From: Macrostomum lignano
Lineage: Eukaryota
Assembly (NCBI GenBank): GCA_002269645.1
Contig: NIVC01000268.1
Location: 671,090 to 735,089 of the forward strand
Length of the DNA stretch: 64,000 nucleotides
Direction of reading: 5' to 3'
Shown: piece by piece, positions 1 to 12,840 of the stretch
Position numbering within the stretch: position 1 is the first letter of the stretch
Layout of the letters: every line of letters starts with the position of its first letter
Notes under the pieces: generated by a model
Told to the model about the DNA's origin: nothing
What the model saw: only the letters and a program-made list of their open reading frames with translations
Databases searched by the model: none
Program-made: the position numbers and the translations under genes

Positions 1-136
1 AAAAAATAAAACTACTTAAAATTTAAAACACAGAGCTTCATTAAAACAAAATAGGAAAATCGACATGTAAAACATTGATACACATAAGATAAGATACAGT
101 TTTGATCGTTGTTAAAATTTGATTGATAAACTTGGC

Positions 137-3100
137 ACACAATTGCTACAGAACTGGTACCTAATTTGTTACAGAACTGGTACCTAATTTGTTACAGAAC
201 TGGTACCTAATTTGTTACAGAACTGGTACCTAATTGCTACAGACCTGGTACCTAATTTGTTACAGAACTGGTACCTAATTTGTTACAGAACTGGTACCTA
301 ATTTGTTACAGAACTGGTACCTAATTTGTTACAGAACTGGTACCTAATTTGTTACAGAACTGGTACCTAATTTGTTACAGAACTGGTACCTAATTTGTTA
401 CAGAACTGGTACCTAATTTGTTACAGAACTGGTACCTAATTTGTTACAGAACTGGTACCTAATTTGTTACAGAACTGGTACCTAATTGCTACAGACCTGG
501 TACCTAATTTGTTACAGAACTGGTACCTAATTTGTTACAGAACTGGTACCTAATTTGTTACAGAACTGGTACCTAATTTGTTACAGAACTGGTACCTAAT
601 TTGTTACAGAACTGGTACCTAATTGCTACAGACCTGGTACCTAATTGCTACAGAACTGGTACCTAATTTGTTACAGAACTGGTACCTAATTGCTACAGAC
701 CTGGTACCTAATTTGTTACAGAACTGGTACCTAATTTGTTACAGAACTGGTACCTAATTTGTTACAGAACTGGTACCTAATTTGTTACAGAACTGGTACC
801 TAATTTGTTACAGAACTGGTACCTAATTTGTTACAGAACTGGTACCTAATTTGTTACAGAACTGGTACCTAATTTGTTACAGAACTGGTACCTAATTGCT
901 ACAGACTGGTACCTAATTTGTTACAGAACTGGTACCTAATTTGTTACAGAACTGGTACCTAATTTGTTACAGAACTGGTACCTAATTTGTTACAGAACTG
1001 GTACCTAATTTGTTACAGAACTGGTACCTAATTGCTACAGACCTGGTACCTAATTGCTACAGAACTGGTACCTAATTTGTTACAGAACTGGTACCTAATT
1101 GCTACAGACCTGGTACCTAATTTGTTACAGAACTGGTACCTAATTTGTTACAGAACTGGTACCTAATTTGTTACAGAACTGGTACCTAATTTGTTACAGA
1201 ACTGGTACCTAATTTGTTACAGAACTGGTACCTAATTGCTACAGACCTGGTACCTAATTTGTTACAGAACTGGTACCTAATTTGTTACAGAACTGGTACC
1301 TAATTTGTTACAGAACTGGTACCTAATTGCTACAGACCTGGTACCTAATTGCTACAGACCTGGTACCTAATTTGTTACAGAACTGGTACCTAATTTGTTA
1401 CAGAACTGGTACCTAATTGCTACAGACCTGGTACCTAATTTGTTACAGAACTGGTACCTAATTTGTTACAGAACTGGTACCTAATTTGTTACAGAACTGG
1501 TACCTAATTGCTACAGACCTGGTACCTAATTTGTTACAGAACTGGTACCTAATTTGTTACAGAACTGGTACCTAATTGCTACAGACCTGGTACCTAATTT
1601 GTTACAGAACTGGTACCTAATTTGTTACAGAACTCGTACGTAATTTTCTACAGAACTGGTACATTATTTGCTACAGAACTGGTACACAATTTGCTGCAGA
1701 TCTGGTACACAATTTGCTACAGATCTGGTACACAATTTGCTACAGATCTGGTACACAATTTGCTACAGATCTGGTACACAATTTGCTACAGATCTGGTAC
1801 ACAATTTGCTACAGATCTGGTACACAATTTGTTACAGATCTGGTACACAATTTGCTACAGAACTGGTACATTATTTGCTACAGATCTGGTACACAATTTG
1901 CTACAGATCTGGTACACAATTTGCTACAGAACTGGTACATTATTTGCTACAGATCTGGTACACAATTTGCTACAGATCTGGTACACATTTGCTACAGAAC
2001 TGGTACATTATTTGCTACAGATCTGGTACACAATTTGCTACAGATCTGGTACACAATTTGCTACAGAACTGGTACCTAATTGCTACAGACCTGGTACCTA
2101 ATTTGTTACAGAACTGGTACCTAATTGCTACAGACCTGGTACCTAATTGCTACAGAACTGGTACCTAATTTGTTACAGAACTGGTACCTAATTGCTACAG
2201 ACCTGGTACCTAATTTGTTACAGAACTGGTACCTAATTTGTTACAGAACTGGTACCTAATTGCTACAGACCTGGTACCTAATTTGTTACAGAACTGGTAC
2301 CTAATTTGTTACAGAACTCGTACGAACTGGTACATTATTTGCTTCAGAACCGGTACACGAGTTGCTACGGAACTGGTACATTATTTGCTACAGAACCGGT
2401 ACATTTTTTGCTACAGAACCGGTACATTATTTGCTACAGAACCGGTACATAATTTGCTACAGAACTGGTACATTATTTGCTACAGAACTGGTACACAATT
2501 TGCTACAGATCTGGTACACAATTTGCTACAGAACTGGTACATTATTTGCTACAGAACTGGTACATAATTTGCTACAGAACTGGTACATTATTTGCTACAG
2601 AACTGGTACACAATTTGCTACAGATCTGGTACACAATTTGCTACAGATCTGGTACACAATTTGCTACAGAACTGGTACATTATTTGCTACAGATCTGGTA
2701 CACAATTTGCTACAGATCTGGTACACAATTTGCTACAGATCTGGTACACAATTTGCTACAGATCTGGTACACAATTTGCTACAGATCTGGTACACAATTT
2801 GCTACAGATCTGGTACACAATTTGCTACAGATCTGGTACACAATTTGCTACAGATCTGGTACACAATTTGCTACAGATCTGGTACACAATTTGTTACAGA
2901 TCTGGTACACAATTTGCTACAGAACTGGTACATTATTTGCTACAGATCTGGTACACAATTTGCTACAGATCTGGTACACAATTTGCTACAGAACTGGTAC
3001 ATTATTTGCTACAGATCTGGTACACAATTTGCTACAGATCTGGTACACAATTTGCTACAGAACTGGTACATTATTTGCTACAGATCTGGTACACAATTTG

Positions 3101-3350
3101 CTACAGATCTGGTACACAATTTGCTACAGATCTGGTACACAATTTGCTACAGAACTGGTACATTATTTGCTACAGATCTGGTACACAATTTGCTACAGAA
3201 CTAGTACACAATTTGCTACAGAACCGGTACACAATTTGCTACAGAACTGGTACACAATTTGTTACAGAACTGGTACACAATTTGTTACAGAACTGGTACA
3301 CAATTTGCTACAGAACTGGTACATAATTTAATTTCTACAGATCTGGTACA
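137..3350. repeat. 22-23 bp minisatellite array (TTTGTTACAGAACTGGTACCTAA / TTTGCTACAGATCTGGTACACAA variants)
   Basis: Directly visible tandem units; the ORFs at 1622-3450 are translations of the repeat. Confidence 0.97.
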
Positions 3351-3679
3351 TAATTTGCTACACAACTCGGTAAATAATTTGATACAAAATTTGGTAAGGA
3401 ATTTGGTGCCGAAAATCGGCTCATTTTGCAAATTTCATCCCATAATCTGACAGAAACACATTATGATACGAAAAACAAACGTAAACAAACGGACACAGCA
3501 CTGAGTTAAGTGGACCTTCTCATGGCCCTGAACACAGTGCTAAACTCGGGAATAGATTTAAATTTAAAACACGAATAAGGTTAAAATTTATCGGATCAAA
3601 GCAGAATAATATTTCTAGAAATACTACAAGTATTTAAAAACCCTTGGGGCGCAACACCCCAAGGGTCTCCAATATTTTG

Positions 3680-3870
3680 TGTCTTGGTGGGCGTCCCTGT
3701 CTCTTGGTGGGCGTCCCTGTCTCTTGGTGGGCGTCCCTGTCTCTTGGTGGGCGTCCCTGTCTCTTGGTGGGCGTCCCTGTCTCTTGGTGGGCGTCCCTGT
3801 CTCTTGGTGGGCGTCCCTGTCTCTTGGTGAGCGTCCCTGTCTCTTGGTGGGCGTCCCTGTCTTGTTGTGG
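3680..3870. repeat. 20-bp minisatellite (CTCTTGGTGGGCGTCCCTGT), about 9 copies
   Basis: Visible tandem units. Confidence 0.95.
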
Positions 3871-4347
3871 GCGTCAACCCCTGTCATTTGTCGAAGAGAT
3901 CTACGTGGTAGATTAAAAAGAAGCGCGAAAACAATCAGTCGGTCAAGATGATAGCAAGAGGGTCTAAAGGTAGATATTGAACCTAAAAGTACTGCAAAGC
4001 TTATCAGATGTACACTTACGCTCGCATATCGATAACAAGAGGATTTACAGTTAAGTGTTGACTCGTCTGGCTCTTAAGCCAGGGTGCTCCTGTCAAAGAG
4101 CCTCAACGAGTGTCATAACATAAACATAACTGGAAAGTACGAGCTATGATGACCCAAAGGCTCTAAGCCATTGACTTGACACCAAGAATTAACAATACAG
4201 AGCCTAGAAAACAGTGCAAGACGTTCGACCCAGGAGTACTACTAAAATGATATAGTCAAGATGAAGAAAATATTTAAAAAATCAATTTGCCATTGTAATT
4301 TTCCCGTAACCGAACGTTTGACTCCCCACACAGCGGCAGATCGCACG

Positions 4348-4680
4348 TCAACCAGAACTTGGGTCGCTCTCTCGCTTTGGTTCTCTCAGTTTCCTATTGG
4401 CGTCGCGTAGGTGGCTCTTCTCGTGCCGGTTGCGCTCGTCCGATCTGGCAAATTTCCGGTCGCAGAATCGGCACCGGTAGGGCCGCTCCCCAGTGTGAGT
4501 TCGTTCGTGCGTTCTCCGATGGTCGCTCCGGGTGAAGGCCTTCTGGCACATCCGGCAGGCGAACGGACGGCAGCCAGTGTGCGTGCGGATGTGGCGGGTC
4601 AACTCGTCAGATCGGGTGAAGGTCTTGGAGCAGGGGGCCATCGAGCAGACGTAGGTGCGCGTCGGGAGGGTCCGGCTTGG
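4348..4680 (-). CDS. egr: EGR/Krox-family transcription factor, terminal segment with three C2H2 zinc fingers
   Basis: Open frame [36 protein letters not shown]...RSDHRRTH...[14 protein letters not shown] matches the EGR recognition helices [24 protein letters not shown]. An in-frame TAA lies at 4681-4683, so the join to upstream exons is unresolved. Confidence 0.92.
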   Translation of the reverse strand, partial: PSRTLPTRTYVCSMAPCSKTFTRSDELTRHIRTHTGCRPFACRMCQKAFTRSDHRRTHERTHTGERPYRCRFCDRKFARSDERNRHEKSHLRDANRKLREPKRESDPSSG

Positions 4681-5034
4681 TTACAGGTGTTGGGAAGGTG
4701 CTGCTGATGCTGACATTGTTGATGCTGATGCTGACGTTGTTGATGCTGATGCTGACGCTGTTGCGGTTGCTGATGTTGTTGTTGCTGATGTAGATTAACA
4801 ACGGACCAGTTAACACTGGGGAACATTTTGGGTTGGTATATTTTTAAAAATCTATGCTGCGTTATTGATTTTTTTCATTAAAAATGTTTATGATTGTGAG
4901 GATGTTACTTTTCGACAGCCTATTTTTAGAATTGGTATTTTTGTGGAAGCGAACCATGCAGGGGTCAAGAATTGCAATAAAATGAAACATTGAATTCAGT
5001 AGCTCCAAACTTTGCGCTATCGAACCTCTCCATA

Positions 5035-5615
5035 ACCGGCTGTTGCATCTGCTGGTAGTGATATTGATGCTGCAGTTCGTGCGGCACCTGTAGCTGCTGC
5101 GGCACTGTCGCCTGCTGATATACTTGGTGATGCTGCTGCTGCTGCTGCTCCGAGGGCAGCACAGGAAGAAACGACAAATTCTGTACCGTCTCAGCATTGC
5201 CGTGACTTTCGACGCCGGTCCCAGAGGAGCTGAGCACCGCGGACTGGACACGGAATGGCTGCTCACCTGTAGTATAGAAAGATTATTTGTGCAGCAACTA
5301 TACTTACAGTAGAAGAACAAGCTAATGTGCTGTAAAAACTGAAATAATATTCAAGCGTTAAAGCAGAGTCGCACACGATCGCTCGCCCCCGCTGGCAGCT
5401 ACTGCCTTGCCCGCATGCTAATTTTCTTGTTGTTTTTGCAGCCTACCTTCTTTGGAAATGGAGTAAATATCCTGCGGGATACCGGATGCAGGGCCCGGGG
5501 GATCGGGTAATGCGATACCGAGCTGCCTACTAGCTGGCTTCGACAGTTTCTGGGGATTTTTCTCAAACGAATTTATGCAATAGAACCCGAGAAAAAATGA
5601 AGGATGAAAATGCAT
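5035..5615 (-). CDS. egr: Probable upstream exons of the EGR gene: exon ~5615-5447, phase-1 intron 5446-5267, Gln-rich exon from 5266 to ~5035
   Basis: GAAG|GTAGGC donor and TTTCTATACTACAG|GT acceptor are phase-compatible (...YSISKE-G-EQPFRVQSAVL...QQQQQHHQ). Start codon and exon-2 donor are uncertain. Confidence 0.6.
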
Positions 5616-5741
5616 TTAAGTCAATGGTTTATTCGAAACACTTCATTCACTCACTCGCACATCCACTCACCCACTCACTCACTCAGTGAGAGCAGATCAA
5701 GTTTTCTATCTTGTGCCCGAGCGTCCCAAGCACGCGGATCA

Positions 5742-5751
5742 CCATATTAGG
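5742..5751. promoter_or_regulatory. CArG box (SRF-binding serum-response-element core) upstream of egr
   Basis: CCATATTAGG fits CC(A/T)6GG and equals the c-fos SRE core; a GGAT (Ets-like core) lies at 5736-5739; about 130 bp upstream of the putative ATG. Confidence 0.6.
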
Positions 5752-6007
5752 CATAAATGAATAATTGGTGACTTTGGTGAATTGGTAAACTGAAAGGCTG
5801 ATGAAAAGAAAATTCGTTTCTAAGCCTCTTTGTTGTTAATCAATCGTCCCCAATGCACATGGGGCCACAAAGAGCTTTGGCGGTTGGTGCAGTAACAATT
5901 ACTAATAAAGGAAATTCTTTCCCAAAAAGAGCTTCTAAGCAAAAGTTGATCCGAAATTGAATTTGCAGGAAAATGCAGGTGGTTTCTTGGTCTAACACAC
6001 TACTCCT

Positions 6008-7556
6008 CCGTGTCTATAGGTGACTCCTCCATGTCTATAGATGACTCCTCCGTGTCTATAAGTGACTCCTCCGTGTCTATAAGTGACTCCTCCGTGTCTA
6101 TAGGTGACTCCTCCGTGTCTATAGGTGACTCCTCCATGTCTATAGATGACTCCTCCGTGTCTATAGATGACTCCTCCGTGTCTATAGGTGGCTCCTCCGT
6201 GTCTAACAGGTGACTCCTCCGTGTCTAACAGGTGACTCCTCCGTGTCTAACAGGTGACTCCTCCGTGTCTAACAGGTGACTCCTCCGTGTCTATAGGTGA
6301 CTCCTCCGTGTCTATAGGTGACTCCTCCATGTCTATAGATGACTCCTCCGTGTCTATAGATGACTCCTCCGTGTCTAAAGGTGACTCCTCCGTGCCTAAC
6401 AGGTGACTCCTCCGTGTCTAACAGGTGACTCCTCCGTGTTTAACAGGTGACTCCTCCGTGTCTAACAGGTGACTCCTCTGTGTCTAACAGGTGACTCCTC
6501 CGTGTTTAACAGGTGACTCCTCCGTGTCTAAAGGTGACTCCTCCGTGTCTATAGGTGACTCCTCCGTGTCTATGGGTGACTCCTCCATGTCTATAGATGA
6601 CTCCTCCGTGTCTATAGGTGACTCCTCCATGTCTATAGATGACTCCTCCGTGTCTATAGATGACTCCTCTGTGTCTAAAAGGTGACTCCTCCGTGTTTAA
6701 CAGGTGACTCCTCCGTGTCTAACAGGTGACTCCTCCGTGCCTAACAGGTGACTCCTCCGTGTCTAACAGGTGACTCCTCCGTGTCTAACAGGTGACTCCT
6801 CCGTGTTTAACAGGTGACTCCTCCGTGTCTAACAGGTGACTCCTCCGTGTCTATAGGTGACTCGTCCGTGTCTATAAGTGACTCCTCCGCGTCTAACAGG
6901 TGACTCCTCCGCGTCTAAAGGTGACTCCTCTGTGTCTAACAGGTGACTTCTCCGTGTCTAACAGGTGACTCCTCTGTGTCTATAGGTGACTCCTCCGTGT
7001 CTATAAGAGACTCCTCAATGTCTATAGATGACTCCTCCGTGTCTATAGGTGACTCGTCCGTGTCTATAAGTGACTTCTCCGTGTCTAACAGGTGACTCCT
7101 CTGTGTTTAACAGGTGACTCCTCCGCGTCTAACAGGTGACTCCTCTGTGCCTAACAGGTGACTCCTCTGTGTCTAACAGGTGACTCCTCCGTGTCTAACA
7201 GGTGACTCCTCCGTGTCTAACAGGTGACTCCTCAATGTCTATAAGTGACTCCTCAATGTCTATAGATGACTCCTCCGTGTCTATAGATGACTCCTCTGTG
7301 CCTAACAGGTGACTCCTCCGTGTCTAACAGGTGACTCCTCCGCGTCTAACAGGTGACTCCTCTGTGCCTAACAGGTGACTCCTCTGTGTCTAACAGGTGA
7401 CTCCTCCGTGTCTAACAGGTGACTCCTCCGTGTCTAACAGGTGACTCCTCAATGTCTATAAGTGACTCCTCAATGTCTATAGATGACTCCTCCGTGTCTA
7501 TAGATGACTCCTCTGTGCCTAACAGGTGACTCCTCCGTGTCTAACAGGTGACTCAT
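6008..7556. repeat. 21/22-bp minisatellite (GTGTCTAACAGGTGACTCCTCC / GTGTCTATAGGTGACTCCTCC)
   Basis: Visible tandem units; same family as 27784-28575 in the opposite orientation. Confidence 0.97.
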
Positions 7557-7579
7557 CTATCGGCATGCAATGGTGATCT

Positions 7580-10045
7580 CAGCACGCCTGTGTAGTATGA
7601 GACATACCAGGCTTACGAGCGATCCTACCCTCTATTCTGGTGCAGGGATGACAGGAGAACTCTTCAAGCTGACTCACAAGCCGACCTAGCTGGGTTCACG
7701 CCCCGCATGTGTTCAAAGGAAACTCTAGGCCTGCTGGACTGACCGAGCTCCGGCAGCGGCAACCCATCCATGGCATTGGCTTCTGTCTTGCTCGCTTTGG
7801 GTACGAGCTCTGCCAGGCAGTGAACCTGTGCACCTGTGAACCTCTGACCACGGCTCTGAGGAACAGGGATCACTATCTGACCTCAGCTCGACTGGGGTAT
7901 GGAGCTGGAAAACCTGTTTATCTACAGGGAGGACGAGCGACCCCGGACACACCGGCACCGTGCCTGGATTCCGGCTCGCAGTTCCATCACCAAAGCCCAC
8001 GAGCTGCGTCGCCGGCTAGTGGCTACCAATCCGGAGCTGCCGGCCAGTGGCGTCGTAGTTGACGAGACCATCTCCAAGCCGGGTGGAGACGGTTTCACGG
8101 CAATCCTCGGACTGTCCTCGGAGTTTTCAACGCCCACCACACCCACTGGGGCAGTAATACCTCCAACAGCAGAGGCTAGGAACTCCTTGCTTACATCTGC
8201 ACCGCCAATACTGAGTTTTGCAACATTGGTGGAACTCCCACCTTTGACAACGGGGCCCTCGACGTAACCCTCGTCTCCCATGGTTTGGCTCCTCTGGTCA
8301 AGGACTGGGAGGTGTGGGACGAAGAGGAGTCTCTGTCGGACCATCGCTTCGTTCGTTTTCGGTTGCATTCCTCTTGCCCCAAACCAAACATCCTGTGGAA
8401 AAGGAACTTCCGGAACACTGACTGGACGGCTTTCGTGGAAACCCTGAAATGCCAGACAGATAATCCGCCCCTTGTGGCACCCATTAGATCCCTACGGTGC
8501 AGGGCAAAGTGCCTCTAACGGAAAGCTCGCAAGAGCAAGGACCCAGCTGATGTGGTCGCTTATCAGGACGCGATTTGCGACTTTAAGCGTGAAACCAGGA
8601 AAGCCAAGTCCGACAAATGGCGCCAATACTGCGCGGAGTTAGAAGGCACCCGCCCTACTTCACGCGTGGTAAAGGCTCTGACCCTCGACAAAATATCAAA
8701 GCTCTAAGTCATTAAAAGACCGGACGGCCGGCTCGCTGAGAACCCCGGGGAATCGCTGGACATGCTCACCAGCTCTTTCCCCTGTGCCGCACCGCACGAA
8801 GCCACAGATCCTGGCTTCGACCATCATTACTAGAGAGAGGACGGCTTGCGCCGCAAAATCCTTTTCTCCCTTCAAGTCACCGTGACCTAAAACATTTATC
8901 CTGCCTTCCTCCATGAGGCAGTTAAGAATGACAGGTTTCTTGGTCTCCTCTACAACCTCTTCAAGGCCAGCATTACCCTCGGGTACGTGCCAAAAGCCTG
9001 GCAAGAGGCTACGGTAGTCTTCATACCCAAGCCAGGGAAGGGAGACTATCACTCTGCCAAAGCTTACCGCCCTATCAGTCTGACGTCTTTCTTCCTCAAA
9101 CTGATGGAACGGCTGGTGCTCTGGCGTCTCCTCTTCGTGGAGTTAAGGAACTCAGCACGCCTTTCGTCCTGCACGCCATTGTCGACAAGCTGGAGCGCGC
9201 CGTGCTTGGCAGTAGATACGCGCTCTCGCTTTTCCTCGACATTGATGGTGCTTTCAGTAATGTGCTCTTTGAAGCCTTTAGGCGGGCCCTGGAATCCCGG
9301 GGCACGCACGAGCACCTTATCCGCTGGATTATGTACATAGTCACCCATCGTACAGCCAACTCGCACCGTCTAGGACACTCCCGCTCCGTTGGAGGTGCAG
9401 AAGGGCGGACCGCAAGGTGGAGTCCTCAGCCCGATTCTCTGGAACTTGGTCATGGACGAGCTGCTTTGCAGCCCGCATCCGGACCCGGTTTAAAAGGTCG
9501 GCTATGTGGACGATGTTACTGCCACTGTGGCTGGACCATCGCCTGTGGTCCTCAGAGACCTCCTCCAAGCCTTCATCCACCGTGCCGAGCGCTGGGCACA
9601 TGGCTGCGTTCTCAGGTTCTCTGAGTCTAAAACCGTGGCTATCATGTTCACCAGCCGCCGAAACTGAGGAATCGAACCGCTCTCCCTCTATTGCAACTCC
9701 GTTGCCTCAAAATGCCCCTTCTGCCTCTCCGGTGTCGAGAACGCGGAGCACTTTATCTGTGAATGCCTCGTCTTTACTCAGGACAGGCTCATCTACCTCG
9801 GCCCAAACCCGGACCTCTCCGACGTTTTCAGGCCCGAGAATCTCTGCCAGCTCGTCCGCTACCTAAGGGCTACCGGGCGAGCGACAATCCACCTCCTGGA
9901 CTCTCCGGAGGGGGGGGGGCGCTGCGAGCACCGGCACCACCGGATCTCCCTGCGCGACACCGAAGCAATAGCTGCCCGTGGTCGCCAGGGGTTAACGAAA
10001 TGAGCGGCAACGCCTTCTGCAGCTGAGTCAAGTATGTCAAGTAAG
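7580..10045 (+). mobile_element. Decayed, internally deleted LOA-like non-LTR retrotransposon
   Basis: Diverged 5' UTR motifs; APE remnant (FNAHHTHWGS, SLSDHRF); RT remnants (VVFIPKPGKGDY..YRPISLTS, ALSLFLDIDGAFSNV, GYVDDV); C-terminal [13 protein letters not shown]; tail CTGCAGCTGAGTCAAGTATGTCAAGT, as in 56268-62172. Confidence 0.88.
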
Positions 10046-11007
10046 ACTTATTTATCGAGAAAATGGCTCTCGTTTAACAAATGATTAATATGTCTAACAC
10101 CGCTCTCCATTTCGAACAGCCAGAAGCACATGACTTACCGTGAGGTGGCTGAAATTGCAGCTGCTGAACAGTAGGGTCGCACACGGGCGGACTGTGAGAC
10201 TGAACAGGTGTTCTCAGACCGCTTTCGTTGCTGTCGGCAATTGGCAATGGCGCGGCGCCTGCAGAGTCACCCGCCCTTGTAGCTGATCCCAGTTGCAAAT
10301 CAAAGTTGGCCTCATTCTGAAAGTTTACCGGGGAGCGTTTAAATTTAGTTAGATATTCGTATAGGTTATCCTGTTAGTAACTGATCTGTTCACACTCATC
10401 TAGTTCTTGTAAGAACTCTCTTCACAACTACAATATCTAGTTTTCTTGATTCACGGGAATTTAACTGGGGCATATTCACTCGCATCTCTCATCCACCGCA
10501 CCTCCTCCTGTGCTTGCTGAAAAACCGCCTCAGAATCTCTTAGCGACTGTCGTGTTACCTCCTCGATCTGTTCCGTACTCAGGCTGAAAGCAGAAGACTG
10601 CCCCAGTTGCTGTTGTCCCGACTTATCCCGGTCCATTCTTGCAGAAGTTGCAAATGCTGTAGTGAAGCTAGGCGTAATCGCGCTGGGTTTGAGAAATCCT
10701 GATATTCTCCTTTTAAGCTGAAGAAACCCATTTGGATGCCGCTTTTTCTGCTTTGCAGGAGCAGACTACACGAAGATTCTTTGTGATTGGGCAAAAAATA
10801 TTTACTCATAATTGCAATTTTCCAGAAAATTTTTCTCACTTTGCTTTTACTGAGTCAGGAATAAATGTTTATTTTTCAAGACTGAAAAAATGGTGAATCT
10901 GATTTGGGGATAACTCTCGGTGTAATTTAGGGATAACTCTAGGAAAGATATAGAGTCGATTAGATTCGTGATATGGTTAGGTTGATTCTTGGTGGACCTT
11001 GAAGGTG

Positions 11008-11791
11008 GGGGGTCTTTCTCGAAACTCACGTAACTTCTATGGTAAGTTAGATCGTAAGAAAGAAATTTACGTGTAGCGTAAGTTTGCTCGTAAGACGCTT
11101 TCTCAAAACTCACTTAGACTTTGCGTGGCTTACGCTGTTCGTAAGTCGTATCTGAAACGAAAAGTTGCATGTCTATGGTCATAAATCTGCAAATATCTTT
11201 ACTTAGTCTATCGCAAGTTGCTTTCGAGAAAGACCCCCAGTGTTGCTGAAAAGATGTAGACCAGGGGGGTCTTTCTCGAAAGCAACTTACGATCCACCAT
11301 AGACATAAGTTGGGTAAGCTACACTTACGGGTTGCTCGAAGGGCTCGCAAGTTAGCTATGCGTAAGATTGATCGCAACTTTACGAGTTCGTAACTTTGCG
11401 CAAAAGACTGTTTCTCGAAACGTTCGTATGTCTATGGTCTTTCGTAAGGTTGATCTTAACCCTACGACTGCTCGGTATCAGTCGTAAGACGCACTTAAGC
11501 ACTAATCGCATAGTACGTGAAGCTTTAGTCAAGCCAAGTCAAGTTAAACTTTATCGAAGGTGGGTCTTTCTCGAAAGCAACTTACGATAGACTAAGTAAA
11601 GATATTTGCAGATTTATGATCATAGACATGCAACTTTTCGTTTCAGATACGACTTACGAACAGCGTAAGCCACGCGAAGTCTAAGTGAGTTTTGAGAAAG
11701 CGTCTTACGAGCAAACTTACGCTACACGTAAATTTCTTTCTTACGATCTAACTTACCATAGAACTTACGTGAGTTTCGAGAAAGACCCCCC
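11008..11791. mobile_element. Foldback/MITE-like element: ~230-bp inverted arms (11008-11238 and ~11562-11791), each bounded by GGGGGTCTTTCTCGAAA motifs
   Basis: The second arm is the reverse complement of the first; a further terminal motif lies at ~11264. No TSD was identified. Confidence 0.7.
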
Positions 11792-11794
11792 ACC

Positions 11795-12840
11795 AGATTA
11801 TAGGAAAGTTATAGAGACGATTCTAGGAAATTTATAGAGACGATTCTAGGAAAGGTATAGAGACGATTCTAGGAAATTTATAGAGACGATTCTAGGAAAG
11901 GTATAGAGACGATTCTACGAAAGGTATAGAGACGATTCTAGGAAAGGTATAGAGACGATTCTAGGAAAGGTATAGAGACGATTATAGGAAAGGTATAGAG
12001 ACGATTCTAGGAAAGGTATAGAGACGATTCTAGGAAATTTATAGAGACGATTCTAGGAAAGGTATAGAGACGATTCTAGGAAAGGTATAGAGACGATTCT
12101 AGGAAAGGTATAGAGACGATTCTAGGAAAGGTATAGAGACGATTCTAGGAAAGGTATAGAGACGATTCTAGGAAATTTATAGAGACGATTCTAGGAAAGG
12201 TATAGAGACGATTCTAGGAAAGGTATAGAGACGATTCTAGGAAATTTATAGAGACGATTCTAGGAAAGGTATAGAGACGATTCTACGAAAGGTATAGAGA
12301 CGATTCTAGGAAAGGTATAGAGACGATTCTAGGAAAGGTATAGAGACGATTCTAGGAAAGGTATAGAGACGATTCTAGGAAAGGTATAGAGACGATTCTA
12401 GGAAAGGTATAGAGACGATTCTAGGAAAGTTATAGAGACGATTCTAGAAAAGGTATAAAGACGATTCTAGGAAAGGTATAGAGACGATTCTAGGAAAGTT
12501 ATAGAGACGATTCTAGAAAAGGTATAGAGACGATTCTAGGAAAGGTATAGAGACGATTCTAGGAAATTTATAGAGACGATTCTAGGAATGGTATAGAGAC
12601 GATTCTAGGAAAGGTATAGAGACGATTCTAGGAAAGGTATAGAGACGATTCTAGGAAAGGTATAGAGACGATTCTAGGAAAGGTATAGAGACGATTCTAG
12701 GAAAGGTATAGAGACGATTCTAGGAAAGGTATAGAAACGATTCTAGGAAAGGTATAGAGACGATTCTAGGAAAGGTATAGAGACGATTCTAGGAAAGGTA
12801 TAGAGACGATTCTAGGAAAGGTATAGAGACGATTCTAGGA
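11795..12840. repeat. 23-bp minisatellite (GATTCTAGGAAAGGTATAGAGAC)
   Basis: Visible tandem units. Confidence 0.97.

Noticed and set aside
137-3350. CRISPR-like or repetitive-protein interpretation of the regular arrays and their long ORFs (also 29305-30026, 55306-55713, 62239-62499, 63757-63942)
   Set aside because: There are no unique spacers or cas genes and the context is eukaryotic; the ORFs are open in several frames simply because the units lack stops.
10074-10640. Short minus-strand ORFs with moderately GC-rich, coiled-coil-like content (also 18199-18390)
   Set aside because: No recognisable domain or consistent exon structure; could be TE debris.
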